Positions 48,830-63,231 of a DNA stretch of 64,000 bases are shown here, one piece after another. The DNA lies in assembly GCF_024166365.1 (NCBI RefSeq), contig NC_064830.1:89204968-89268967 (forward strand), written 5' to 3'. Below the pieces are notes generated by a model. The model searched no databases, was not told where the DNA came from, and saw only the letters and a program-made list of their open reading frames with translations. The DNA is from Elephas maximus. Taxonomy: Eukaryota. The position numbers and the translations under genes were made by a program. Each line of letters starts with the position of its first letter. The first letter of the stretch is position 1.

Positions 48830-50230
48830 CATACATAGGTAATGGGAATGTAAAATGGTGCAGCCACTGTGGAAGACAGTTTGGTGGTTTCTAAGATAAA
48901 CATAGAAATTACCTTGGGATTCAGTAATTCCACTCCCAGGTATATTCCTGAAAGAATTGAAAACAGGTGTTCAAACAAAAACTTGTACACAAGTGTTCAT
49001 AGCAGAACTATTCACAATAGCCAAAAGTTGGAAACAATCCACATGTCCATCAACCAGTAAATGGATAAACAAAAGCTACTGTAGCCACACGATGGAATAT
49101 TATTCAGCCATAAAAAGGAAAAAAGTACCGATACATGCTACAACACGGATGAACTTACAGATGAACTTTGAAACTACTATGCTAAGTGATAGAAGCCAGA
49201 CACAAAGGACCACATATTGTAATTTTCCATTATATAAAATATCCAGAATAGAATCTTTTCCCAAAAATCACCTCCTCAGACTTGAAGAGACATTTCTCCA
49301 AAGAGGATATTCAGATGGCCAGCACATGAAAAGATGCTCAATGTCATTAGACATTAAAAACCCATTAGAAAAAAAATTGCTGTTGAGTCAATTCTGACTC
49401 ATAGCGACCCTATAGGAGAGAGTAGAACCGCCCCATTGGGTTTCCAAGGAGCGGCTGGTGGATTCAAACTGCTAACCTTTTGGATAGCAGCCGAACAGAA
49501 GATGCAAATCAAAATCACAATGAGATACCACATCACCCCTATCAAAATGGCAATGATCACAAAGATGGAGAACAAGTGTTAATGAGGTTGTAGAGAAACT
49601 GGAACCTTTATCCATTGCTGGCTGGACTGTAAAATGGTACAGCTGCTGTGGAAAACAGTGTATCAGTTCCTCAAAAAGTTGAACATAGAATTACCATGTG
49701 ATCCAACAATCCCAATCCTAGGTATATACCCAGAAGTGAAAGCAGGAACACAAACAGAAGTCTGTACACCAATGTTCACTGCAATACTTTTCACAATAGC
49801 CAAAAGATAGAAACAGCTGAAATGTTCATCAACATAAATGAATAAACAAAAGGTGGTATATACACACAATGAAATACTACTCAGCCATAAAGAGAAATGA
49901 AGTCCTGATGCATGTCATAATATAAATGAATCCTGAAAACATCATGCTGAGCAAAAATATGTCAGTCGCAAAAGCACAAATATTGTAATGTTTCACTTAT
50001 ATGAAATAAGCAAATACATGGAAACGAAAGATTATTAGTGGTTCCCAGGAGTGGGAGGAAGAATAAAGTTTTTGCTTAGGGAGCATTGAGTTTATGTTAA
50101 TGGTGGTGAAATAATTTGGAAAAGAATTGCAAGAATGGTTGTATCACAATGTCACTGAATTATACATGTAGAAATTGTTAAATTGGCAAATGTTTGTTGT
50201 GTATATTTCACTACAATTAAAAATAAAAGT
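48830..50230 (+). mobile_element. L1 3' fragments with an inserted AfroSINE fragment (49376-49500, minus orientation)
   Basis: ORF2-tail homology to the copies at 38000-39400 and 42100-43490. Confidence 0.55.
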
Positions 50231-50381
50231 TATGTGAAAAAAAAGTTTTGATGAGGCCTATCTAACTACCCCACTTAAAACTGCTACTCACACCTCCCTC
50301 CAACACTGGCACTCCTGATTCCCCTTAACCTGCTCTGCCTTTTATTTTTCCATAGTGCCCATCACCTTCTAACATGCTATA

Positions 50382-51420
50382 TGTTGTTGCTGTTGTTAGG
50401 TGCCGTAAAGTCAGTTCCTATTCATAGTGACCATATGTACAACAGAACGAAACACTGCCCCGTCCTGCACCATCCTTACAGTCGTTTTTTGCCTGAGCCC
50501 ATCGTTGCAGCCACTGTGTCAATCCATCTCGTTCAGAGCCTTCCTCTGTTTTGCTAACCCTGTACTTTACCAAGCATGAGGTCCTTTTCCAGGGACTGGT
50601 CCCTCCTGATAACATGTCTAAAATATGTGACACAAAGTCTTGCCATCTTGCTTCTAATGAGCATTCTGGCTGTAGTTCTTCCAAAATACATTTGTTCATT
50701 CTTCTGGCAGCCCATGTTATATTCAGTATTCTTCGCCAACACCATAATTCGGAGGCATCAATTCTTCGGTCATCCTTATTCATTGTCCAGCTTTCACACC
50801 CATATGAGGCAATTTGATTTCTTGACTGCAGCTTCCATGGGCATTGATTGTGGATCCAAATAAAATGAAATCTTTGATAACTTCAATCTTTTCTCCATTT
50901 ATCATGACCTTGCCTGTTGGTCCATTTCTGAGGATTTTTGTTTGCTTTATGTTGAGGTGTAATCCATACTGAAGACTGTGGTCTTTGATCATCAGTAAGT
51001 GCTTCAAGTCCGCTTCACTTACAGCAGGCAATGTTGTGTCATCTGCACATCACGGGTTGTTGATGAGTCTTACTCCAATCCTGACATCACCTTCTTCTTC
51101 ATATAATCCAGCATCTTGGATTATTTGCTCAGCATACAGATTGAATAAGTATGGTGAAAGGATACAGCCTGACACACACTTTTCTTGACCTTAAACCATA
51201 CAGTATCCCCTTTCTCTGTTCAAAGGACTACCTCTTGGTCTAAGTACAGGTTTCTTAGAAGCACAATTAAGTGTTCTGGAATTCCCATTCTTCACAAAGT
51301 AATCCATAATTCGCTGTGATTCACACAGTTGAATGCCTTTGCAGGGTCCATAAAACACAAGTAACATCTTTCTAGTCTTCTCTGCTTTTAGCCATAATCC
51401 ATCTGACATAATAGCCACCA
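50382..51420 (-). mobile_element. BovB/RTE-type non-LTR retrotransposon, 3' third (RT C-terminus)
   Basis: Minus-strand ORFs 50418..50783 and 50780..51031 carry ...ADLKHLLM.KDHSLQYGLHLNIKQTKIL...GEKIEV.KDFILFGSTINAHGSCSQEIK... and ...EDRRRIDAFELWCWRRILNI.W...GQRKRGRPSTRWIDTV... Confidence 0.8.
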
Positions 51421-51429
51421 CGTGACTGT

Positions 51430-53525
51430 CAGTTTGTCGTACTGTGGTGGCTTGTGTGTTGCCATGATACTGGAAGCTTTGCCACCGGTATTTCAAATAC
51501 CAGCAGGGTCACCCACGACAGTCAGCAGAGCTTCCAGACTAAGACAGATAGGAAGAAAGGACTTGGCAGTCTATTTCCGAAAAAATTGGCCCATGAACAC
51601 CTTATGAATAGCAGCAGAACATTGTCTGATATTGTTCCGGAAGATGAGCCCCTCAGATGGGAAGACACCCAAAACATGACTGCGGAAGAGCTGCCTTCTC
51701 AAAGAAGAGTTGACCTTAATGACGTGGATGGAGGCAAGCTTTTAGGACCCTCATTTGCTGATGTGGCATGACTCAAAGTGAGAAGAAACAGCTGCAAACA
51801 TCCATTAATAGAATGTGGAATGAATAAAGAGTGAATCTAGGAAAATTGGAAGTTGTCAGAAATGAAATGGAATGCATAAACATTGATGTCCTAGGCATTG
51901 GTGAGGTGAAATGGACTGGTATTTGCCATTTTGAATCAGACAATCATATGGTCCACTGTGTTGGGAATGATAAATTGAAAAGGAATGGCATCATGTTCAT
52001 TGTCAAAAAGAATATTTCAAGATCCGTTCTGAAATACAGTGCTGTCAGTGATAGGATAATATCCATACGTCTACAGAGAAGACCAGTTAATACAAATATT
52101 ATTCAAATTTACGCACCAGCCACTAAGGCCAAAGATGAAGAAATTGAAGTTTTTACCAATTTCTACAGTCCGAAATTGATGAAACATGCAATCAAGATGC
52201 ATCGATAATTACTGGCAATTGGAATGCGAAAGTTGGAAATGAAGAAGGATTGCTAGTCGAAAAATATAGCCCTGGTGATAGAAGATCACATGATAAAATT
52301 TTGAGAAATCAACGACTTCTTCATTGCAAATATCTTTTTCCAAAAACATAAATGGTGACTATACACGAGGACCAGATAGAATAGATATACACAGATAGAC
52401 TAGTAGAATTCCAGATAGGATACACAGGAATTCCTGTGGGAAAAGACTGTGGAAAAGTTCAATATCATCAGTCAGAACAAGGCCAAGGGCCAACTGTGGA
52501 ACAGACCATCAATTGCTCATGTGCATGTTCAAATTGAAGTTGAGGAAAATTAGAACAAGTCCACAGAGCCAAAGTACAACCTTGAGTATATCTCACCTGA
52601 ATTTAGAGACCACCTCAAAAATAGATTTAATGCATTCAGCACTAATGACCAAAGACCAGACAAATTGTGGAATGACATCAAAGACATCATACATGAGGAA
52701 AGCAAGAGGTCGTTAAAAAAGACAGGAAAGAAAAGGCCAAAATGGATGTCAGAAGAAACTCTGAAACTTGCTTTTGAATGTCAAGTAGCTAAAGTGAATG
52801 GAAGAAATGATGAATAAAAGAGCTGAACAGAAGATTTCAAAGGGCGGCTGGAGAAGACAAAATATTATAATGAAATGTGCAAAGACCTTGTGATAGAAAA
52901 CCCAAAGGGAAGAATAAAAAAAAAAAAAAACAGTGCTCAGCTTTTCTCAAGCTGAAAGAACTGAAGAAAAAATTCAAACCTTGAGTTGCAATATTGAAGG
53001 ATTCTATGGAGAAAATATTAAATGACACAGGAAGTATCAAAAGCAGATGGAAGGAATGTACTGACTCACTATACCAAAAAGAGTTGGTCAGTGTTCAACT
53101 ATTTCAGGAGGTAGCATATGATCAAGAACTGATGGTACTGAAGGAAGAGATCCAAGCTGCAATGAAGGCATAGGCCGAAAACAAGGCTCCAGGAATTGAC
53201 GGAATACCAATCGAGATGTTTTAACAAATGGATGCAGCACTGGAAGTGCTCACTCGTCTATGCCAAGAGATTTGGAAGACAGCTACCTGACCATCAGCTG
53301 GAAGAGATCTGTATTTGTACCCATTCCAAAGAAAGGTGATCCAGCAGAATGTGGAAATTATCCAACAATATCATTAATATCACACACAAGTAAAATATTG
53401 ATGAAGATCATTCAAAAGTGGTTGTAGCAGTACATTGACAGGCTACTGCCAGAAATTCAAGCAAGATTCACAAGACAATGTGGAGCGAGGATATCATTGC
53501 TGATGTCAACATACATCATACATAT
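51430..53525 (+). mobile_element. BovB/RTE-type retrotransposon, 5' two-thirds (endonuclease and RT N-terminal part), head-to-head with the minus copy
   Basis: ORF 51831..52208 (endonuclease-like) and reading frames through 53520 carrying ...ISLISHTSKIL.KIIQK..PEIQA.F.R....DIIADV. Confidence 0.8.
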
Positions 53526-53689
53526 AATGAGTACATTATAATATCTGTTGTTTCTTGACTAATCCCCTTACTAGAATGTATGCTTCATGAGGGTAGGAGT
53601 CTTTGTTTTGTTCACTGGTGTTTCCTAACACCCGGAACAGTGCCTTGTTTTTTGCCAGTGCTAAAATATAAAAATAAATAATATTTTTA

Positions 53690-53870
53690 TATTTTTTATC
53701 AGTGCACCTTGGATCTCTTCCTTCATTACCATCAGTTCTTGACCATATGCCACCTCCTGAAATGGTAGAACATCGACCAATTCTTTTTGGTACAGTGACT
53801 CAGTGTATTCCTTCCATCTGCTTTTGATACTTCCTGTGTCATTTAATACTTGTTAAAGAAATGAGTCCTT
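53690..53870 (-). mobile_element. Inverted RTE fragment, the reverse complement of the segment at about 52995-53165
   Basis: Reverse complement of 53700-53840 aligns to 52995-53165 at ~90% identity. Confidence 0.7.
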
Positions 53871-56800
53871 CAAAACCTATCTCTGGTATCACATTCTTCA
53901 CAAAGTTTCTCAGCTGTGGTCAATACCTACCATCAATCTCCCAAACAGATGAAATTTACCCCTGCCTTTTCTATGTTACCCCTGTACATTGTACCATATG
54001 GCATTTTCCCAATCATATCATAATTCACATGTCTAGATTTTGAGGGCAAGGGACAAGATCTATCTGATTCATCTCTGCAACCTTTGTGCTCAACACAGAG
54101 CCTGGCATATAATACATGTATGATAATCTTGATGAATGAACTAAAAAAGCCACACCAAGAAAGATCCAAAAGTCTGCAAGTACTCTGTATCAGTGAGGAT
54201 ATGAAAAAACAGGCCCACTCACATTATTGATGGGAGTGTAAACTGATTCAAGCTTTTTGAAGGACAAAGTGAAAACACCTACCAAGTTGAACATAACGAT
54301 AGACCCAGCCGTTCCATTTTTAGAAATTTATCTGACACACTTGTGTATGTGTTCCAAGAAGTATTGCAAAGATATTCATGGCAACATTGTTTATAACAGC
54401 AAAATACTGGAAATAACCTAATTGTCCCATCAATAGGGCCTTAAATTATTGGTATATACATAGTAGAATACAATGTAGCTGCTGAATAGAACTGGACAAC
54501 TTTATGTGCACAAACATGGAATAACTTTCAAGACATATAAAGTGGAAGCAACGTAAGAAAACATACATAGTGTGCTAATGTTTTTGTTTTACGGAAGGGG
54601 GAATTAGATACATGCATTTTGTTAGATGCACTGAATGTCTTGGAAAGATAAGAAGTTCAGCATAATGATTGCTTCTGGAGAGGAGAACTGGAGTATTAAG
54701 GGTCAAGATAGGGGAAAAACTTAGTTCACACTGTATACTCTGTTACTGTTTGAATTTTTTTTTTATCATGTGTCTTACCTTTTCAATAATAATTTAAAAA
54801 TTTAAGCAATAAAAGAAGCCTCAAAGGTGCATATTGTACCTTCATAGGTGAAGAAAAGAGATTCAGCCCTCCATTATGTCTTAGAGAATTGAGAGATCTC
54901 AAATTTCCTTCTTTCCTTCCTTCCTCCCTCCCTCCCTCCTTTCCCTTTCTCTCTCTGTCTATTCATCTATCTTTCTTTTTTGGTCATCTCTTTCAAAATG
55001 GACAGCAAGGCCAGAGAGGCATGCTGGGATCTCAGGTGTATGGTCTGGTGAGGAAAGGATGAGCCTGGAACTGGAGGCCTAGATCAGGGACCTGAACTTG
55101 CCATAGAGCCACTCTTCCATGTATGTGGCCATGGCCCACTGGACTGTGTCTAAAACAGCTTGATTGGGGATGTTATTAAGACCCATATAGTATGTGAGAG
55201 GCAACTAGAGGTTCCTGGTAATGGCTATATTCAGAAAAGGGGTTCTGAGTGATCAGTTTTTTACGCAAGGCCCAGCTTGGTACTGTAAGTAAGAAGAAGG
55301 TCCTAACTCTAGGGGCTAGCACTGGCCAGGGGAGCCTTGGGAGCCAGGAGGTCCTGTGGAAATTGTATCATCAGGCAGGAAAACTGAAGCAGAAACCCTG
55401 GCCCTCAGAGCAGCGGAAAAAGGAAAGGCAGGGATTTGGTGGTCAGAAGGGTTCCCAGGGCTCACCTCAGGCAGTCAGTGGAAGGCAAAGGTCCCTGGGC
55501 TTTTTGGAGAACAGAGTAGAGAACATATTGTGTGGGAGGTGGCAGGGATGAGAAAAGGAAGTGGCCTACTGGCATACAAACTCTGTCACTTAGCCTAAAG
55601 CATTTCCTGGTCCCCCCTGTCTTCACAGACCAAAGCAGCTGTCATAGAATTAGGTCTCTTTTTCCTTCCTATGATTCCAGGGCTGGAACAGTCCTTAAAG
55701 ATCTAGTCAACACCCTGTGTGATGCTGGAATTCCTGCTACACTCTCGGTTTGATTCATGCACAGAACCAGGAAGGGCCCAGAGACCATGGGACCTGGTTG
55801 GTACACAGGGCCCTTCTCCTGGTTTCTCCTGAGGAGAAGCAGGCCTGGGAGAATTTTTCCCCACAACCTTTTCTCTGCCTGGTCCAAGTCCCAGCTCCCA
55901 GTATGAAGCCCATACCTGAGACAGCTCCAGTTTCTCCTCCTCCACAGCCAGCTTAAAGCTAGAGGCTGGCACAAAGCTGAGAAGCCCAGAAAGCCCTCTA
56001 GATTCCTCTGTGGTTAGGCCAGCTTCATTAAAAGGAACTTTGTTCCCTGAGGATTTGTTCATGGAGGTGTTATTGTGTACTTGGTCTCAGTTCCCATGGA
56101 TACAGGCTCACAGTGAGAAGGGAATGGGAATCCATCAGCATCTTTCTGTAAAACAGGAATTTGACCTCATTTATAGTCAAACATGCAGCAGGCGACCTTG
56201 CAAATGGCACAGCATGAATAGAGTTCAGAGAGTTCTGAATGACTACAGTAGAAAAGAACATTAAATAAAATAATACATGTGGAAGCATGTGTTCTATCCC
56301 TGGCTCAGCTTAGGAATTTAATAGCTGTTAACCACTCATAACATTATTAACCTTTACATGGAAAAGACAGATCATCCAAGGGCAAGGTTGCAAACAGGCG
56401 GCCCTTAGGCCAAATCTAACCCATAGATCTGTTTTGTTTGATTGTAGAGCATTTAGACTTTTTTTTTTTTTTTAGTAAATCTGAAAAAAACAAGGATCTT
56501 TCACAGAAAAAATTTTGTTTCCAGTATCAGTGCCATCCCATGAAAGACCATCAGGGGCACACCCATAATTGAATGAAGTTGGGTTTATTGACGCAGTGCA
56601 TTGAGGGAGATCGCACAATATGACAAACCGTGGGGCACCTCAGTCAGGGGGCATTAGAAATGACTTACAGGCTGTGGGCTTGTGTTAGGTGATTCTGGGG
56701 AGGGTTCAAGGAAAGGGGCTTTGCTCTGGTTTAGATGCTGTCAGGAAGCAAGGATAATGCTATGATTATCTTAATTTTATCTAAAAGGTGGGAAGAAAGG

Positions 56801-57022
56801 AGCAAGTCTAAGGCTGTTATTGGTAAAGAAACAGAAATCATTTATATTAGTTAGGATGGGGGATATTTAGTCACTTCTGTGGTTTGGGCTACTGAGTTCA
56901 GAAATGATTCTGGAGTGATTTTGTTTTTGTCTTGATCCATTATAGTCACAGAGTGGCCTTCTCTGATGTTGGTGTTGGTGAAATTGTTTATGGTCATCAA
57001 AAGATGAACCTTAATAGCTGTG

Positions 57023-57420
57023 AGTGTCACACCAGCTCCTGTCAACACTGTTATGGATTGAATGGTGTCCCTAAAAAGATAATGTTGAAGTCCTAAACTC
57101 CATTACCTGGGAATGTGACTTTGTTTGGAAATAGAGTCTTTGAAGATGTTATCAGTTAACATGAGGTCATCCAGGAGTAGGGTGGGTCCTAATACAATCT
57201 AAGTGCTATCCTTATAAAAGAGAACAGACACAGAGACACACACAGGAGGAAGACGACCATGTGAAGATGAACCAACAAGCTAAGGAATGCCAAGAAACAC
57301 CTGGGACTACCAGAAGCTGGAAGAGACAAGGAAGGATCTTCGCCTAGCGTAGAAAGAGGATGGCCCTGCTGATGCCCCAAATTGGGACTCCTAGCCTCCA
57401 GAACGTGGAAATTATTGAAC
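57023..57420 (+). repeat. Ancient MER-type interspersed repeat (...gaggtcatccaggagtagggtgggtcctaatacaat...ccttataaaagagaacagacacagagacacacacaggaggaagacgaccatgtgaagatg...). Its first 185 bp are duplicated at 57546-57730.
   Basis: The two near-identical 185-bp copies are read directly. The family name was not confirmed. Confidence 0.5.
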
Positions 57421-58830
57421 AATATCATTAATATCACACACAAGCAAAATTTTGCTGAAGATCATTCAAAAGCGGCTGCAACAGTTTATTAACAGGGAAC
57501 TGCCAGAAATTGAAGCCAGATTTAGAAGAGGACATAGAACCAGGGATAATAGCTGTGAGTGTCACACCAGCTCCTGTCAATACTGTTGTGGATTGAATGG
57601 TGTCCCTAAAAAGATAATGTTGAAGTCCTAACCTCCATTACCTGGGAATGTGACTTTGTTTGGAAATAGAGTCTTTGAAGATGTTATCAGTTAACATGAG
57701 GTCATCCAGGAGTAGGGTGGGTCCTAATACAATATAAGGGATATTATTGCTGATGTCAGATGGATCCTGGCTGAAAGCAGAGAATACCAGAAAGATGTTT
57801 ACCTGTGTTTTATTGACTACACTAAGGCATTGGACTATGTGGATCATAACAAATTATAGATAACATTGCGGAGAATGGGAATTCTAGAACACTTAATTGT
57901 GCTCATGAGGAATCTGTACATGGATCAAGAGGCAGTCGTTCAAACAGAACAAGGGGATACTGATTGGTTTAAAGTCAGGAGAGGTGTGTGTCAGGGCCAT
58001 ATCCTTTCACCATACCTATTCAGCCTGTATGCTGAACAAATATTCTAAGAAGCTGGACTATATGAAGAAGAACAGGGCATCAGGATTGCAGGAAGACTCA
58101 TTAACAACCTGCATTATGCAGATGACACAACCTTGTTTGCTGAAAGGGAAGAGAACTTGAAGTACCTACTGATGAAGATCAAAGACCATAGCCTTCAGGA
58201 TGGATTACACCTCAACATAAAGAAAACAAAAATCCTCACAACTGGACCAATAATCAAAATCATGGTAAATGGAGAAAATATTGAAGCTGTCAAGGACTTC
58301 ATTTTACTTGGATCCACAATCATCACCCATGGAAGCAGCAGTCAAGAAATCAAAGACACATTGCACTGGGTTGTGCCTGACCCAAGCCATGGTGTTTTCA
58401 GTTGCCTCATATGCATGCAAAAGCTGGACAGTGAATAAGGGAGACTGAAGAAGACTTGATGCCTTTGAATTGTGGTGTTGGCGAAGACTATTGAATATAT
58501 CATGGACTGCCAAAGGAATGAACAATTCCGTCTTGGAAGAAGTCCAACCAGTATGCTGTTTAGAAGCAGCCCTGGTAAGATGACATCTCACATACTTTGG
58601 ACATATTATCAGGAGGGATCAGTCCCTGGAGAAGGACATCATGCTTGGTAAAGTAGAGGGTCAGTGAAAAAGAGGAAGACCCTCAACGAGGTGGATTGAC
58701 ACAGTGGCTGCAACAATGGATTCAACCATAGCAACAGTTGTGAGGATGGTGCAGGACCAGTGTTTCGTTCTGTTGTGCATAGGGTTGCTATGAGTCAGAA
58801 CCTAACAACAACAACAACAACAACAGCCTC
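57400..58830 (+). mobile_element. RTE 3' portion (RT C-terminus) ending in a (CAA)n microsatellite at 58805-58830. It is interrupted at 57546-57730 by the second copy of a 185-bp repeat.
   Basis: ORFs 57866..58048 and 58133..58438 carry YADDTTLFAEREENLKYLLMKIKDHSLQDGLHLNIKKTKILTTGP...NGENIEAVKDFILLGSTI.THGSSSQEIK. Confidence 0.8.
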
Positions 58831-61800
58831 CAGAAATTTTTGGCCTCATAAACCACCCATTTTGTGGTATGTTGTTTTGACAGCCCTAGAAAATTAATAT
58901 AAACACCAGGGCCTAGGTAATAGTGCCAGGCCAGCTCTGGGCTGTCAGGAGCTGCTCTCTCTTCCTCAGTTTTCCCTTTTTGACAAGAGCAGATGGAGTC
59001 AGGCCTCAGGATTTTAATCTATTATCCAGCTCTTCACCATTACCAAGATTTTGCTTATCAGGAGATTGTCCAGAGAACATTGTCTGTAGTTGGGCTAAGG
59101 GTTAGTGTCTCCTCTCCTTTTTTTGCAGAATGAATTATCATATCCCCTGACACAACTGCGGTTGCACAGTAACATTTAAGACTCTGGACAGGATACATCA
59201 GCCAACTGCATCACAGGAAATTACCAGAAACAAAAATCGTTATTAATCCTTGTAATGGTGAACACAGGGACCTAGATTACCAAACCCAGGCGATGAAAAC
59301 ATGTCCCAAAGTCCAGTTTTTCTTTTCTAGAGATCCAAGTGACTTTTTCTTTTTAGCATAGTTATAGATGGTACATAGGTACAGATGGTTATATAGGCAC
59401 AGCAAAAAAAAAAGTTAAGGCATAAATTTTTCCTTGGTTAATAAATTAAAAAATTTAAATTGATTGTTGGGTTTCAGTAGAACTTGTATCATTTATGATG
59501 TCTTCTGGAGTCAGAGACAAGTTTTGGATCACCTTTTTCCAGTAGTATGGCCTACTGTGGAAAGTATAGCTCATATAGTCTGAATGATAATGGAGTCAGT
59601 AATCCTGCCTGGTAGTTTTCCTGAGTAACCTGTTCTTACCTCATTTTGGAGTTTTCTGGGTATCATTCTCAGGAAAACCTGATCCACTGGACGGGTCATA
59701 ATTTTAAATATCTGAAAGGCTCTAACAGTTAGCCTGAATATACAGAATAAGTTAGTGTGCGGCAGACAGGTTTAAGTCTGATATCTGCACAGGAAGTAGG
59801 ATCCTAGCAGGGCAAACACTGTACTGAGAGTGTAAGTATCATTTATCACAATATGAGTAGCCAATTTTTGGACTCTTGATTTTGGCATATTCCTTTAGTG
59901 GAGTTACACAGTTTCTGCAAATTAGGTTGGACAGTCTCTGACAACAAACTGACTATTATAGTAAGGATAACCCCAATATTAATTTCTATTCCTGATGTGC
60001 TAGGTTTTACTTACCGGGTTATAATGTCCTCAGCAGAAGCATTTTGTTCAGGTCCAATTTTTACAAGACCAAAGTCTGAGGTTAATTGTGTGAGGAAAAT
60101 GTAAATACCAAAAAGGACCTGTAGAAGGAAATCTACCTTATAAGTGTTTAAAGCTATTAAATTTTTGTCAGCAGGATTGGGGAGGAGTGCAACAGATCCA
60201 GCAATCAGTTAAATTCAGAGCAGTAACGAAGGTCTGAAAAAAAAATACCAGAAAGGTTTTGCTTCCCCTTGAGTAGTAAAAGAAGACCGTAAGAGGTCAA
60301 TAGTAGCAGGATGAAAGTAAGGAAGATCACGTTAAGAAAACTTTCAGTCTGTTATTGCTAAGACAATAATAGGGAAGAATAGCAGAGCAAAGAGTATGAA
60401 AAAGGATAATGAAGAACCAAAAAATTAATCTTGTTGTGTTATCTTGGGTAGAAGCCATCCACTTTTTCAGTGAGCACCTCGTTCTGTCATCTTGGATGGA
60501 GGCTCCTGAAGAGATTTTAAGAATCTTCGTTTTGAGGTGTCCCAGAATAGATGACCAGTGGTCAGAAGAAAGTGATGTTTGTGTTTTCAGTTGAGAAATA
60601 TAAATCCAAGGGTCAACATCTTGGAGTTTTATTATTGTCTCAGTTATCTGCTAAGGTCTTAGTGTGGTAGGGAATTGGTCTTACCCAAAGAAAGGTCTAG
60701 CCTTTGTCTTTGGCTCCTGGGAGTTAACCTCTATGGAAATTGAGTTCAGCCACATGGGCAATGATTCAATCAATCATGCCTGTGTAATGAAACCCCTAAT
60801 AAAAAACTCTGGACACTGAAGCTTAGGTGAGCTACCCTGGTTGGCACTATTCTGTGTGTATTGTCACATATTGATGCTGAGAGGGTAATGCATCCCTGAG
60901 GACAACAGAAGCTTTGTGTTTGAAATCCTTCCAGTTCCTCCCTGTCTTAGTTATCTAGTGCTGCTGTAACAGAAATACCACAAGTGGATGACTTTAACAA
61001 ACAAATTTATTTTCTCACACTCTAGGAGACTAGAAGTCCAAATTCACGGAACCAGCTCCAGGGGAAGACTTAGCTTGTAGATTAAGTCCTGCCTCATTAA
61101 CATAACTGCCTCTAATCCTGCCTCATTAACATCAGAGAGGTTAGGATTTACAACACATAGTATTTTCTGTAGTATAATCACAACAGATCACAAAATGGTG
61201 GATAGCCACACAATACTGGGAATCATGGCCTACCCAAGTTGACATACATTTTCGGAGGACACAGTTCAACCCATAACACTCCCCTATGCACCCCTTCCTT
61301 TGGCTGGTTCTAATTTGTATCCTTTCCCTATAATAAATGTGATCATGAGTATAATGACTTTCGGTGAGTTCTGTGAGTCTTTCTAGCGAATCATTGAACT
61401 TGGGGATAGCTTTGGGAAACTCCTGAACTTTAGCTGGTGTCAGAAGTCTTAGGCGTACTTGGCAGCCTGGAGAATTGTGCCCTTAACTCCAAGTTTGTCT
61501 AATGCTAGGTAATTGGTGTCAAAAGTGGGATTTGCTAGACCAAGTCTGGCTCGCTGAAACATGTGGTTTTGGAAGAGGAAGGATGAAAGGTGAAAGCATG
61601 GGGAATGAGAAATCTTTGACTTATGGGTGGCCACAGGTTACCCATGGAATGGCAGTTGTGTTGTGATCAGTTACTGGAGGTAAAAGTCACCAATAGAATA
61701 TAGAAATGATGGATCTAATTCCCAGGAATTGGCCCCCTGAATACATAAAAAGATTAAAGGTAACAATAAAAAAGCAAAATATACAACCCTTTGGTGATTG

Positions 61801-63231
61801 TTATCTACAAGAACTAAAATAAAAATAAGGGAGAGCTGTGGGACACCGTAACTCTGAGACAAGCATAGCTTCTGAATTCTAGCCAGTCCAAACTACAGCC
61901 TCCAACCTCAGGGCTTCTACTGTAAAAATGGTGTGGCATCAGATCTCCTCATCTAAGTCAGAAGAGGGGAGGAGAATCAATAACAGCATCAGCCCAAAGC
62001 TGATTCCCATGAGGTGGAGGTCAGACATACCTTCACGCTTCAAACTTTTTACCAATTCTGACACTACCTGTCCCTTCCATGGCACTTTCTACTTCTGGGT
62101 TTGTTAATTCATTGCAGTGGCCATACAGAACTCACAGACTATACTCACGATTATGGGGTTTATTAAGGAAGTAACACAATTCAAGATCAGGATCAACTTG
62201 GAGGTGAGAGGAACAATTCAGGTTATGGCTCTTCTATCAACTTGCTTCCTCTGGGCCCTGTGCTCTCAACCTGGACCCTGCTCTGTTGGCCTGGCCTCTA
62301 CCCTCGCTCAGGTGTGGCCTCTGCCCTGGTTGGACAAATGTTACAAAGGTCTTTAGCTCTGCTGATAAGTATCCCAGAGGCTCCCCACTCTGCCAGCAAA
62401 CCTCCTGGCACTTGGCTTTCTCACTCAGTGGTCAACAAGCCTAGCTCCACCAACTCATGCTGAGAGTCACCCCACTTCACCACCAAGCCTTCTGCCTGAA
62501 GGCTCTCAGCCCTCTCACTTTGTGGACCAGGAAGCCCACCATAGCCACCCTGATCCATGAGCCAGGAAGCCCATCATGCTGTCTTGTGCCAGTCTCCTGG
62601 TTCCCACCGTCTCACACTGCTGCCACCTACAATGTTTACAGCTTTGTCTCCCAGGTCTAAGAAATTCTCAGTGCAGGGACCCTGGGTCCGAAGAACACAC
62701 TTTGCCCCCAGCTTTTCTTCTTGATGGTAGTGAAGTCTCCCTTTTAGCCTCTGAGATTGGCTCCCTTTAAGCCTAGTGGGATGGCAAAACTGACCAATCC
62801 CCTACAAGGGTTCCATACACCTTATTTACATAGTACCCCTTCACAAATGTTCTATGCACCTTATTTGCATTATTAGCAGGCTGTCCAATCCTGTTGGGGG
62901 GCCACAAGCACCTTATTTGCATAGCTCCACTCAATCGTTTTTGTGGGAGATGCAAGACCATGCATGGTTAGAAGGGCCATATAAAGTAATTCATTGTACC
63001 ACATCTACCAAAGTAACATGTTAGGGTAGATCCTGATACTGGGCAAAGCTTAGATTCTGGCTGGCCCAAGAGCTGGTTTCAAAGGGAAAAGTTATGCTGA
63101 AAAAACAAATAACAAAAGTTAGAATGATTCATAACAGAATGGAAAAAACAAGGGGAAAACAAGACAGTCAAGGGACTCGTCTCAGCAGAGTGGAAATCTT
63201 TAAGTGGCGAAATGGAATGAATAAAATGGAC

